From Rhodosorus marinus CCMP1338 (lineage: Eukaryota; Plantae; Rhodophyta): a stretch of 64,000 nucleotides of DNA. The notes beneath the pieces are model-generated. The model searched no databases. It saw only the letters and a program-made list of their open reading frames with translations, and had not been told where the DNA came from. This document shows positions 47,305 to 60,549 of the stretch, one piece after another. The translations under genes and the position numbers were made by a program. The stretch spans positions 2,790,001-2,854,000 of the forward strand of contig JAMWBK010000001.1 in the NCBI GenBank assembly GCA_029953675.1, given 5' to 3'. Position 1 is the stretch's first letter, and every line of letters begins with the position of its first letter.

Positions 47305-50300
47305 TTAAGCTTCCGCCACGTCGTCGTCATCATCATCATCGTCATCATCGTCGTCCAGATCGCCAAAGTCGATATCATCGATATCATCATCCGAGTCATC
47401 TTCATCTGTCTCGCCAGCTTGAGGTTCATGACCAGCACCGGTTTCCTTCTCTTCAGCCGCTTCGGGCTGATCTGCAATGGGTTCGGAATCTCCCAATCCA
47501 TTCGCATGAGTCTCGAGCTTTTCGCGGTTTGTCGAATCGCCGTTGAGCTCCTGCTCCAAAATCCCTGTTGCCAGCACGGCCTTGTACACTTGGTACTGGT
47601 CCGAGTCTACAAGTTTCAGCTTCTCCATGAGCTCTGCGTTCTTCTGCTGAGAATCAACCGATTCCTCGAATCCTTCAAACAGATGAGCGTGGGAGGTCGG
47701 ATCGGCCAGGAGGTCTGCCATTCTTACATGTCCGCCCTTTCTTAGATCCGCTTTCCACATCTCGACGATCCTAGTGACCTGATTCACGAGAAAAAAATGG
47801 AGCATGGTCATAGTAAGCTCTCCAGAACAGTTTTTACCGGACGAGGCGTGGAGAGGCTTTTGCTTTGTCTCCTACCTCGGCGGGACAGTAGCTCCGAGCG
47901 AAGAGCGCCGCCTCCGGTATTCTCCCAGACGACAGGAGAACGTTCAAGCACTCATCCACTCGGCCCAGCATGAAGCTACTGAGAAACGCGACGTTCATGA
48001 TGTTCCCTGCCTTGGACTTTTCAGCGACGGTTTGCAGCATTCCCTCATTTCCGGTGGCCATGCCAAGCGACATCAGTCCAGAAAAGTCCTCTCCTTCAAC
48101 CATGCACTCCTCCGCGAGATTCCATCTCCCCGCTTGTGTTGCGTGCTCTCCGAGACTCTTCCACTTCAACGGACTAGGATACTTCCTATTGATCTCAGCG
48201 GCGAGATCTAGCTCACCCAATCCAATTGCCAACTCGCCCCTAACCAAAAACCGGACGCAGAAGGCGCTCTAGAAGCTTAGCGTCCTGGATCAACGGGCTT
48301 TGAAAGATAGCCTATGCAGGGGAGAGACACCTACTTGTAGTCTGGGTCCGTAGCGAGCTGCAAGGCCTGTTCTTTTAGTCCCTGCTTCTCCAAGAACTTT
48401 GCGAGCTTGTTGTGCTCGCTGGGGGGCACTTTCTCCAGGACTTTCGCGGCCTCTGCGTGATCGCTTCTAATTATCGCGGTCTTGTACTCGATCACGCCAA
48501 GATTCAACGTGTACGAGCAGACGTTAACCTCCTTGTCCGCCAGGAAAATCCGGTTGTCCTTGGTCAGGTAGCCCAGTATGAATAGTTGTCCATCCAAGTG
48601 GTGAAGTAGGCTGACTTCCGAACCCACGACATAGTTGAGATGGTTGTTTGAGTTAGTGTAAATGAAGCAGTCCCCGATCCAGCAGCCGCTTGCAACCTTT
48701 TCTGAGTACTCATGCAAAAGCTCAAACGCTTCTTCAACCCCGTCCTGCAAGAAACATCTCAAGTCTGAGGGCGAAGGCATTTCTTGGAGATCACTTGCTT
48801 TTCCTCTCTTCAATTTCTACTTACTGGTCCGACGACACCGCCGCTCCGCTCGACAGCTTCTTCGAAAGCCTCGCGACTAAATTTCAGTACAAAGAACGAC
48901 TGCTCTGTCGCCACGCACAGCAGTTCCGAGTCCGACCAGTAGATCTTCGTCGGGACGACGTCAATCCTCCGTATCAATTGCAGCGTTTCCCAGTCAAAGA
49001 AGCACACAAAGTCGCTCGACCGCACCGAAAGCAGATTTCCACCGAAAATTCCGTCCGCCATGAAGTCCGTCTGCATGGCAGTCCTCTCCTTGAACTTATT
49101 CGAGAAGACCCGAATGTCTGTCGTGCCGCGACGGGTTGCGTATTCACCTGCTCCGTTATCCCATACAACCTACAATTGCGCGCGAAGAGTTCAGTATCCT
49201 GTTCCAAGTGACAAGTATTCAATCGAATGTGGACTCGAAGTCGCACCTCGTCTGCTTGCCCAAAACTCTTGTTCCTCCACGCAAGCGCAGTGTAGATAAT
49301 GTATTCTCCATCGCCGCAGACGGACACGAATCGACCGTTAGGGCTGTGGGAGATGAACTGCGGTGAATTCTCGGTGTTACCGAGCTCTTTACCGACTAGC
49401 GGAAGGCGGTCACCATCCCCGTGTGACGATGTATCGATACTGCGTACGTTCACAGTGCTCACTTCATTCTGCTTGATGTAGATTACCTTTCCGGAGCTGT
49501 CCATGGATACGAGGGGAGTATCCTTACCGAACCTTACCACAATCGTACCTAGTCGATGTAGAGAGATTGCGGGTGCGAGCACGTTCACAACCAGCTGGAG
49601 CAAGCGCGGGATTACAGGATTTGCTCTTACCGATATCGTATCCGATGGCTATTCTATTCAATCCCTTGATGTGAGCAGCGGCCCAGCACCTCTCCATGTT
49701 AAACTGGAGCGTTGCTTCGTTTCTGTAGGTATTAGTATTCCAGAGGACCACCGACCCATCCTCCGATCCGCTGAGGATGAGCGGCCGATCGTGAATGAAC
49801 GAGACGCAGGAAACATTGTGCTGATGGTACTCCAAAGTCTGTACGCAATTTCGCGTCTGATAATCCCACAGCTTCACCACCTGGTCATCACCACCGGAGA
49901 CCAAATACGGCTTGTCCGCTCCGACGTAGTAGTCGATGCAGTTCACTCCCTTCTCGTGACCTTCCAGGGTCAAATTCGGAATCGGTGATGATATGCTCCA
50001 AACCTAAAATCGGAGAGGTCGCTTTCAGGCTTCCGAATCCTAGGTCTGGAAGCGGGAGATAAGGTCATCGTACCTTGATTGTGTGGTCTAGTGAGGCGGA
50101 GGCGAAGGTATTTGGATCTTTTGGATTGAAAAGGACCTGCATGACATAGTGACCATGGCCTTCGAATATCATGGTATTAGCCCATCCCTTCTCCCAATCC
50201 CAGAGCTTGATGAGCATATCGTCGGATGCAGTGACGACGAGGGGCAGCGTGGGGTGAACGCTAACGCTTCGAATGTAGTCCATATGCGCTTCAAAAGCCT

Positions 50301-50696
50301 GTACCTTCTCCATGGTATTGTAGTTGTACACACGCATCATCATGTCATCGCAGCCGCAGATGATCCATTGTTTACGGGGGATAAACATCCCGCAACGAAC
50401 AGGCTGCTCAGAAACTTCGAAGGACTTCACAACCGTCTCCGTGGAGTAGTCGTAAATGTGCATCGTCCCGTCGTATAGAGATGACAGCACCCATGGCTCG
50501 GTAGGGTGCAGATCAACGCACTTTACCCGCTCAGATCGAGCGTTCAACTCCTTTTTAATATCCAATTTCATCGGCTGGAGAAGACAAGTCACGAAACGAT
50601 TCAACACGAACAAAGTCAGCACCGATCGGATACAAAAAACAACAAGTCGTCAATGAGATGACACTCCAAGAGCGATTGGTTCTCTCTCACCCCCAT
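47305..50696 (-). CDS. COPB2: Coatomer subunit beta' (COPB2/SEC27), multi-exon
   Basis: [57 protein letters not shown] and [13 protein letters not shown]. Exon 1 is predicted as ATGGGG/GTGAGA at 50696. Confidence 0.96.
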
Positions 50697-52484
50697 CGTT
50701 CCTCCAGTAATCCAACTCGGAGAGGATCCGTCTCCTTATGCAAAGCAACCAGAAGAAACCGACAAAACCAGCCAAACAAAACAAAACTTGACAAAACCCT
50801 CAAAACCTCTTCTCGATCAACAGAAACCAGTCCTGTTCAGAACTAACTGCTTCATATCCTTAACCCGTCCATGAAGCCCCTCCCAAAAGAGCTGTCAAAC
50901 GGTGCGGGAAGAAAAAAATTACCTAATCCAAAAGAAAACTGTTTCCGTTCGTTTTCGCTATATAGTTTTGACCTTGTCAGTCCCTATCTCCTCGTCCTTC
51001 CTCCTCACCAAACCTACTTCAAGTCTCTTCCTCTACTTCCTCAGCGACGAGGAAGAAAAACGATTCCAAAAAAGGGTCCAAAGAGGTCTCCAAAGAGGAA
51101 AAGTAAAAGAAAAATCGAAGATTTTGAGAGCCAAACTGCTACTGTTTCGGGAAATCTGGGTCTTTGGAAGAGGAGGTATCTGTGGGGAGTCATTCTGAGT
51201 TAAGTGGGAGGCCTACAGATCCCCGAGAGTCTCCGCAAACATTCGTGAAGACGGCTTTTGGACTAGAAAAGCTTCTGATCATTTGGTAAACCCCCGCTCG
51301 GGGGGTGGGGACAACTTGGTCACACAAACACTCAAAATCACGCCTCTCTGGTCTACGGCGGACCAGAGGGAATGGAACAAACGGGATCGGCCAGCGTTTC
51401 TTTTTGAGTTTTCAGATTGCTCCATACTACTTTTCAACTTGTGCGAGAGAGCAAAACACACTGCTCCATCCGCCTTCCTCCCCCAATATCACCAGAGGAA
51501 CATCATATTCCTATGCCAGCCACCTCAGTGTCGTTATTTGACTGATATATCAATCAATAATATATAAAGACTAGATATCAGTCAATATATTGTATTTGCT
51601 CTTATTTACGGGGCAGGTTTGCAATACGTTTCGCAAGTTCTCTTTCACTTATGAAGTATATAAAGGTTTCTTGATTTCAATGGTTTCATCTCTTAGGGGT
51701 TGAGATAGTTCCTTTTTTTGTGAGATTTTTGGACAGGGTTCGTAGAATTCGAGACAAGGTTGGCAGAGGGGGGGAGAGATTCTGGTTTAAATTGCACTGG
51801 TGATATTTCTTGCAGTGAAAGATCAGTTTTTTCTGACCCTGGACTGTTCTACAGTAATACCATTTCCTGAAAATTTATTTCGTATTTATTGAACAAGGCG
51901 AAAAATGAATCTAATTCGTAGGAGGGGTAACGAACGACATCACCTCGAACTGGTTGTGACGAAGGATTTCGGGAGGGGGGGGGAAAGGGAAGCGAAAAGC
52001 GTTTTCGCGAAAGAGCGAATTTAAAAACAAAACAGACAAAGCCACAAGACCAATAAAACCGGTCAGGGCAAGGATTTTATCCATATCTAGACCGTATTAC
52101 TACTCATACACGATATTCAGTCATTATTTTTATATTATCCAATTAAGTTTCTTGATAAATAATGCAGTCAATATTTGTTAATAAGTATCCAATAGATCGA
52201 TGGTAATATGTGATTAAGTTGCCTAAATATCCAATTAGATGGCTTGAGTTCTTAAATTTAGAGGGAAGCGGCAGCTGAGTTCTCCGCGTTAAGAGTATTG
52301 GCGTTCGGTTGAGATGTAGGGAGTAGACTCGGGAAGGTTGCCCGGGGGGTTTAGAGTAGGGTGAACAGGTACAGAAGGCCTTTTGGGGTAATTTTTTGTT
52401 AGATCTACTATTAGGAGGGCCCTGGAGGGTTTTTCTACGATCTGCTTTGTTCTGGGAGGGGTGAGGTGGAGGTGTGGAGCAAGG

Positions 52485-53679
52485 ATGGGAACTGACGGGG
52501 ACAAGAAGGAGGCGGTGATCGATCCGCAGCGTCCTGACGGACATGGTCAGGACGTTTTGGCCACCTGGTGAGCGCTAATAGAGCGAAAACAAATTTTTTT
52601 TGCAGGGTGCTGTGGCTGATCCTATTTTCCTGCTCGTTTTGTTTTTGGTTTTCGATCTGTTGAGGAGACAGAGGAATGCCCCGAACAGGCCCCTGACGCA
52701 CCTGAGGGTGCTGGTTACTGGCGGCGCGGGATTCATCGGATCTCACCTTGTAGATAGGCTCATGGAGGAGGGCCATGACGTTATTTTGCTGGATTCCCTT
52801 TTTACTGGTACCAAAACAAACTTCAAGAAGTGGCTGGGACATCCTAACTTTGAGTGGGTCCGCCACGATGTCACTGAACCTTACTACGCGGAAGTGGATC
52901 GAATCTATCACCTTGCCTGCCCTGCGTCTCCTGTTCACTACAAGTACAACGCCATTAAGACTTTGAAAACCAATTTTCTTGGGACGATGAACATGCTCGG
53001 GTTGGCAAAACGTACCGGCGCGCGCTTCCTCCTCGCGTCCACGTCGGAGGTGTACGGAGATCCTGAAGTCCATCCCCAAGTTGAGGAGTATTTTGGTAAC
53101 GTAAACTGCATCGGTGTACGCAGCTGCTACGATGAAGGCAAGCGGGCAGCGGAGACGATGGCTTTCGATTACCACCGCCAGCACGGTGTTGACATTCGCG
53201 TCGTTCGTATCTTCAACACGTACGGACCACGTATGGTGGAGAACGACGGCCGCGTTGTCTCCAACTTTGTCGGACAGGCGATCAAAGGAGAACCGCTGAC
53301 GATCTACGGCGACGGATTGCAAACGAGGTCGTTCTGCTATTGCGGTGACCTCATCGAGGGCATTGTTAGGATGATGGAGAGCTCGCATACGGGTCCGTTC
53401 AACCTCGGGAATCCGGGAGAGTTCACGATGGTTGAGCTTGCGGAGCATGTGCGCAGACTGATGAACAAGGACGTAGAAATCAAGTACCTACCTGCCACCC
53501 CTGATGATCCGATGAAGCGTCAACCCAACATCGACAAGGCGATGAAGTACCTTGACTGGGAACCCAAAGTATCTCTGGAGGAGGGGCTCAAGTACATGAT
53601 CGAGGACTTCCGCACTAGAATAGAAGCTCGAAATGCTGCGAATGCTGCGATGACAGAGAAGGAAACTGGCGAAGGCTAG
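52485..53679 (+). CDS. UXS: UDP-glucuronate decarboxylase (UDP-xylose synthase); first exon uncertain
   Basis: [56 protein letters not shown] and NLGNPGE. Confidence 0.96.
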
Positions 53680-54248
53680 TTCAGCTGGGGCTTTTGTTAG
53701 ATTGAAGGGAAAGAAAAAATCGTTGTCCGCATGTTCTTGGATGAAACGCTTCCCCTTAGCATTTTTGCGCAGGAACAGCGGAGGCGACTCGGTCAAAGAC
53801 TCTGCACCAGGACTCGGCTCGGCCCAAGCTTGGAATCATTTGCGGGCGATGAGACATTTGTACAACGTCAAAAGGGACAACTGGTTTTGAATAAATTGAC
53901 TAAACGCTAAGAGATAATTCCTTCCTCTCCCACGAAATGAGAGCAGTTGACACCTAAAGCAGGCAAACGGCTGCAACAAAACCGGTTCTACCCGTACGCC
54001 TTAGAGCCCCTATGGTTTCCTAGCCTCATCGTGAAACCTCGTGGGTTGCCTTGGATGATCTCAACCTTTCCATTGGGCACGCCCTCGCGGCTGATTGATA
54101 ATAAAATACTACACACTTTCTATACATCAGTTCAACACCCCTCCACTAAGAATGCACCTCCGTGCGCATTGGTCTCACCGGGACGAGGCCGACGGCGAAG
54201 ACCACGGGTACACTTCTATAAAATCCACATCAGGTCTCGCTGCTGATC

Positions 54249-56866
54249 TCACTCCGCTACACAGCAGGCTATCCTCAGCTTCCGGTTCGGCTTCTTTGCT
54301 TTCGGAATGTTCTCGCTCCCATGGTGGCCATTCGCCATGGGTTCCTCGCCATGCTCAGCGATTGCTTCAAGGGGTTCCGCGCCCGTGAACTTCGATTGAA
54401 CGACGTCAGAGGGAACCGGCGGCTTCAGCGGAAGAGGGCCCTTTGTGAATTGTTTGTTAGACGTGTTTCGAGTGGTTAAGGCAACCGGTTTTGTAGCCCC
54501 GCTCTTCTGCGTATGAGTGTTCGGCCGGCCAAAGAATTTGTCCTCCGCCTCCTCCCGTGCATTATCCTCCTTAATGAATTCTGGCGAAGGTCCTTTGAAA
54601 TCCTTCACAGCCTGTTGACATTCCAACGCGGCTTCCTTTACCTGCAGGAGGCGACGTCGACAACGTACAACGTATCAAATAAAGAAGGTCAGAGTTCCAT
54701 TTCAACAATTCCCGCATCAAGAAGTCTCGAACCCCAATTTTGCAAAGGTGTTAGCATACCTCTGGGTCCGAGTCGGTTACCAGCTTGGCGAGGGCATCAG
54801 TGTAGAGTTTCTGATCCCAACTTTGCGCTATTGTATTCTGCAACAGCTTCACAAGCCTCAGTCGCACGTTCGAAACTGGATCATTCCTCATCTTGAACGC
54901 TTCTTCCGCAAACATGCGGTTGTACAATTTCTTTCCAAAAATTGTGTGGGAAACGTCGGTTCCCTCCAGGTAAGCCAGCCTTGTCCAATAGACCTTTCCC
55001 CGCGCCCATTCTTTGAGGAAGTGGCTATGGATATGATCCCTCCTTCGAATTGTTGAAATGTGGCGCAGAACACGTACAGCGGCCGTGATGGAAGTATTGC
55101 GTACGAGGTACGTGCTCTCCCTGGCCATCTGGAAGAGCACCGGAGCGACGTAATCGCAGAGCATTTCCTGGGGAATGAGGGGCGCTGCCTTATTCAACTG
55201 CTCGGCCAAGACCTTTTGCGTTCGCCACGAGTCCTGAGAGAGGACCTCCAAGTTTGTAAAAACCTTGTCAAGCTTCCCAGCCGCAGGTTCCTTGTCCGAC
55301 ATCACCTCCAGGAGCTCCGCAAAGTGCGAGAGAGCATTCATTCGAACCTGTGGGTTCTGATCTGTCATCAGCTCTCCCACGGAAACAAGAAGTTCGCCCC
55401 TCAGCTCGGTATCCCTCAGCACTCGAGCAGATTCGTGAATGCCGGCTGCGAGGGTAGCCCTTGTGTCTACGTCCGTGTCTGTTGACAGGGCGTGCAGGAC
55501 TCCCTTGATGCGATCCGGTCTCTTATCACCACAACAACTAGAAACCGCCGGAAGGTTGAACGCGCACCAGTGTCGGACGGTAGGACCATTGCACGACACC
55601 ATCCGTCTTAGCCCGTTCAATGTCAGCGTCCAAGTTTCCTCGTCTTCAAAAAGCGGGTTCAACGCATCTAGAAAATAACCGTATACCTCAGCGAAAATCT
55701 CCAACATCACATACGTATCGTCATCTACGGTGCGAAGGTCCGTCGCCGCAGTTATTGTCGCATCCTTGCACTTCTCAATGAACATTGGGAGGAGCAGCTA
55801 CAATTGACCAAAGAAAACGTATCAGCAACGCAGGTCCACTGAGGTACCGATGGGAGAAACGCTCATTGGGCCCTCTATTGAAGGGAGGCTTACGGTTTTA
55901 AACATGTTCGAGGTAGCCGCCTCCGCTTTGTGTGCATCGCCTATCCTAGCCACAGCACGTACGGCTGCGGCTCTCACTCGAGCACTGTCATCCTCCACTA
56001 AGAAACACAGCTTGGGCCAAAGATTTTCCTCGACGACTTTCAACGCCAGCTTTCTCCCAACGGTCGCTAGGGACTGTGCGATCATTGCTCGTACCGAGTT
56101 GTCCTTGTCGTCGCACAGGACCACAACCTTCTGTAAAAACAAACTCTCGAGCTCTTCCGCCGGTGTGACATCAGCCAGAGATCCGATGAGCCTCGCCGCG
56201 AGACGCCTCGATTCGATCGTTCTCGATGTGCAGCGCTCGAGTGTGGCGGGAATCAGCTTGGTTCGTACCTCATCTGAGGTGACTTGCGGAACAATCATTG
56301 ACAAAATTTCTCCCCAAGCGTCAAAAATATCTCCCCGCCCCATTCTCTCCAAGATCTGCAGCGAGACATCCACGATAGCAGCGGCAGTACCGTCGGGAAT
56401 CAGCAATCCAATCACGAAGTAGAGTGCCTAGTCAAGGAAGAAAAATCCAAATTCCGAACAGCTAAGGATCCGCTGCCTGCTTTTTGTGAACAGGCTGAAA
56501 AGCAGGTGAGCACTACCTCTGCAGACGCCATGATCGCGTTTTCGGTCCACTCTACCGCATGCTTGCAGATCTCAGGAATCATGATGTTAATGGTATCGGA
56601 GGGACAGTGTTCCAAAAACTGCGGAAACTGGAACAGGACGGCCAGCCTTTCCAGGTCATTTCCTTCTACCAGGACGTTGCTGGCGTTGTAAACACTCGTG
56701 AGTACATCATCGTTAAGAATGACATAATCCACACCCTGAGAAAGCAAAAACTATGGTCAGCAAAGCTCGATCGCCCAAAATTCCAGGCCGGAGCAGCCAC
56801 GCCTTAATCAGATCGGCTCGATCTCACCTCATATCCTTCTCCATCCAAATCCGCATTATCCGACAT
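54249..56866 (-). CDS. HEAT-repeat phosphatase regulatory subunit (PP4R4/PP4R1/PP2A-A-like), multi-exon
   Basis: HEAT motifs LCDDKDNSVR, LVEDDSARVR, DVDTRATLA, LMTDQNPQVR, DPVSNVRL and LVTDSDPEV. Exon 1 MSDNADLDGEGYE splices (GTGAGA...TCAG) to GVDYVIL. Confidence 0.75.
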
Positions 56867-57378
56867 GTTCAATTCGACCAAAACGCTGCTCTCCAGAGCC
56901 CACACCAAGAGCAACCTCAATCACCAGTCCCGATCGTCCCGATCATTCACGCAAAACCTCTCCACTACCTCGCCAATACGAAAATCATCGACAAAAAACA
57001 CAAAATCCAAACCTCAAGCCCTAAAAACCCCAACCAGGCCCCACCCCGTTTTCACAAGACCAATGCTCGCCATCCCTCCTTCCCTCTCCTCGAAACCAAT
57101 CCAGCTGATCAGTCCAAACGATCCCTCCCTCGCCTCGGCAACAAAAAGCCCTCTCAACAAATCTCCCACCACACAAAAACCGCTCACTCCCTCAACAAAC
57201 CCACACGATCTCAAAAAATAAACAAAACCAAACCCATCTCTCCCAAACCTCACCTCTCCCTCCCCACCCACCGCCTTCCACCAACCCCTTCTAAAATCTA
57301 TCCTTCCACAACATAATACGTAAATTCTACTAATCTACCCACTAAAACTATAAAACAAAAAAGAACACAACTATACAG

Positions 57379-57385
57379 CTCTCTC

Positions 57386-57429
<44 letters not shown>

Positions 57430-57505
57430 TCTCTCTCTCTCCTCTTTCTCCCTCCTTTCCCTCTCTCTCCTCTTTCTCCCTCCTTTCCCTCTCTCTCACT
57501 CTCTC
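57379..57505. repeat. (CT)n microsatellite with a duplicated pyrimidine-rich unit
   Basis: Directly visible CT run, followed by two copies of ctctctctcctctttctcccctcctttccct. Confidence 0.9.
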
Positions 57506-57989
57506 AACACCTTACCCGCCAACCCCCTAAAAGCGATTTTCATATTCTTTCCAAAGCGCCATTTCCTTCTCACTAAAAATTCAAAGAAATCCTAACTCGC
57601 GTCTGTTCTCCCCCCCCCTTTATATTTATTGCTCTAAAATCTGTAAATAACTTTTTAAAATATTTTACTGAATACATGATTTGGAAAATATTGATTTTAG
57701 GGGTATGATGTTTTTGGAATGTGTTTGAGGTCTTGAAAATGGACTATCTTAAAAAAAAGAAATTCTTCCGATGTAACTGAGAATAATTCGAAAATAGGTG
57801 AGTTCGTGAGAGTGAAATGTTGAAGAAAAACTTAGGGGTTTGGGAAAGGGGGAGTAATACGTCAATGGGCGGGAGGACTTATTAGAAGATCGTGCGGTGT
57901 CTTCGGGATGGCTGGGGGGGAGGGGAGGGGAAGTTGTTCGTATCATGCGCAAGTACAAGAATGAATGAAATGGTTTAGTCGGAGACTGA

Positions 57990-59900
57990 AAGAAAAAAAG
58001 CGGAGGGGGAATAATGACTACGCGCGGGGAAGATCGCGCGCCTCCGACATTAAAGCTGCGTTCATACGCCACAGCAGGAAACTTGAATGGGTAAACAACG
58101 AGGAGAGGTGGTCAGAGCGTTCGAGGAACAACTCCCGAAGCCAACGAGGACCAACGGAATCCGGAAACCCAAAGCACTCAATGACCAGAGGTACCAGGCG
58201 ATGAGCTAGAGCCCAAGAACGAATCCCTTGGGAAGACAAACCCCCCCCATATTTCACCTCTGTGCGACGTCTCATACTGGCAGGGGCAAATCCACGGCGC
58301 TCTCCCGCAGGTGGCAAGTAATGACTAGCCTGAGGATTAGGAACGGCACTATCAACGTACGTCGTTCGGCGGTTATTGCACAGGTGGCCACGAGGTCAGC
58401 CATTCGGCGTTCGTCATTTTGGTCAGCGGAAGGCCGTGGTAGCCGCGGGGCCCGGGGGGTGGGGGGTTGGGGGTGTAGGCTTTTGCGAATGCGAGCAACC
58501 CCTGAACTCGTCTTTGTTACACCGGTTTCGTCGCATTTGGTGCTCGTATCCTGCGGAGGTACACCGAGGCTTTTGCAGTCCACACTTGCTTATCGGTTTG
58601 TCCCATTTGTTGTGGAGGTCTTTGGGTTCATAGCCCGCGTTGGGGGTGCTTGGTTGCGGGAGTGTTAACGCGACTGCCCTGATGCTCTTTCCCAACTGTT
58701 TGTTTCTTCGAGTCTGGCTCTCTGGTGTACTGGAAAACTGACATCGGCGCTTGCACTGCTCTCCTAGTTTTTGAGGCGCGCTCTCTGAGCCCTTCCTTGA
58801 GTGCATCATTCAGGGACCTTAGCGTCCGATTAAACCGATGGTGGTACAAGAAGGTCATGGTAGCGGTTGGGGAGTGGCTCTTTAGAATGCGCCCAACCCC
58901 TGAACCCGCCGAACCGGTTTCATACCACTTGGTCAGTGGTAAAACCAGAGCGCCAAAGCCGCTCTGGTTTTAGATGGTGTTCTCTCTGTTGGTGTAGCTT
59001 TCACTCTTTCAGGGTTGTTGCCTGTAATTAAACGATGAAGAACTACTATGGGGATTGGTGGGGCAGGGTGAATCGACAGGGTTCGGGAGTGGCGTCGTGG
59101 CGAGTGAGGAGCTTCCGCACCAGCGTCTCTTTGAAAGAGACGCTGGTGCGGAATTTTTGTGCCTGATTGTCAAGAGTGTGAGTAGAGTCTAGGCGAAAGT
59201 TGAAGGATCGCGCATTACTAAAGTTTAACAGGTTATGAGCCCAGGTCAAAGCTGAATTGTAGAACTGATGGTGTTGGACTGAGAAGGCTGTTTGGCTGTG
59301 CAAGAACAAGGGTAGGCGTGCGTTTCTGGTGAGCTGGCGGAATAGTAGTTTCTGCGGTGTCCCAAGTTGAATGGTCCAGAGGACTTACTCGAGAAGTAGG
59401 GCAGAGGCGTTGGAGCGGCTATGTTTCGCGAATTATCACATGCGGTTTTCCCTAATCAGGGGATTGGGGCCGGAGACGGCGGCATTTTATCCTAAAGTAA
59501 TTTGGACTAGAATTCTGCAATCTCCTTTACACCTTTTTTCCGTCAAATTCGGCGGATACAGTCTCTCCATCGCCTTTGCCCTGCGTAATAACTTATCCTC
59601 TGAAATGTACGACTTCGGGCACTGCAGGGAGACTAACCAGTTCCTTCCCCACCTCACCACACCCCCTCGGTGCAAGCGTTGCCCCAGTTTGTACTGGTTG
59701 TACATAATTCGTACTCGTCGACCAGCATTGAGAGGTCACTTGCGACCCCTGTGCCGAGTTGGGTTTTGTCGCCTCGCCAGATCTCGATGTGATGGACCTG
59801 TCAGGCATCACCGTCATCGACTATTCAGAGATAACAGGCAAGCGCGACAGCAAGCTGGTCCTTGGAGCTCCCCCCTATCTTAGAAATCTGATAGATGTCT
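57990..59900 (-). mobile_element. Decayed non-LTR retrotransposon 3' region with restriction-like endonuclease (CRE/R2/NeSL-type) motifs
   Basis: Frameshifted pieces in the expected order: RRMADLV, then RRTEVKY, then LVPLVIECFG..RWLREL, matching the RPAD...K..KY...F.P...E..G pattern. Upstream thumb/RT-like remnants are weak. Confidence 0.5.
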
Positions 59901-60359
59901 GCACTTGCAGCTTTGGAAGGATGCTACGTCGGTTCTGTGCGACAGCCGAGTGGAAGCTGAGCTCTAAAGTAGCATGATCCATCGTAAATCGTTTCTCAGC
60001 GCTGATGCTTCTCTTCTGTTGATGATGGCCCGCGTAGAGTTCTTATGATTCGCATTTTCCGGATTTTCATGCCATCGATCCTTCCGGAATCGATCGGGTT
60101 TTCAGTGCCCTTCGCAACCACCCGGACGTCCTCCCTTCTCTTTGCGATCTAGATATGCCTTGTACACATCGCAGAGCAATGCAGGCGGGTTTCACTTTGT
60201 GTTGCTTCATGCGCCAGACTCGCTCACAATGGCAACTTCATTGTGCTAATCTGCAACTTGGCAAACCCTGCCTTGAGAGTAGTGAAGCGAACACCGAGAA
60301 TCATCATCCTTGCCCAGGCTTTAGCTATCATCATCCTTGAGAGACAACAACCCTGCGCA

Positions 60360-60501
60360 GATGAAGGCTAGGCCAAACCGAGAGAACGGGCCTCACGAAA
60401 CTCACGAAGCGTTAGAACGCCGGGAATATTAGAACCTTAGCTATCAGCACTTCACTCACTACACAAGCTTTAGCTGATCTCCGTTCGGCCTAGCCTTCAT
60501 C
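60360..60501. repeat. 142-bp segment bounded by perfect 15-bp inverted repeats (MITE-like)
   Basis: gatgaaggctaggcc (60360-60374) pairs with ggcctagccttcatc (60487-60501). No clear target-site duplication. Confidence 0.6.
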
Positions 60502-60549
60502 CTCTCATGGTTGTTACACGATGACGATGAGCTTTAGCTTCCGTAGTCG

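Noticed and set aside
52435-53448. 337-aa minus-strand ORF, and similar long antisense ORFs over clpB, phoA and COPB2
   Set aside because: These are antisense shadows of GC-rich, conserved coding sequence with no motifs of their own.
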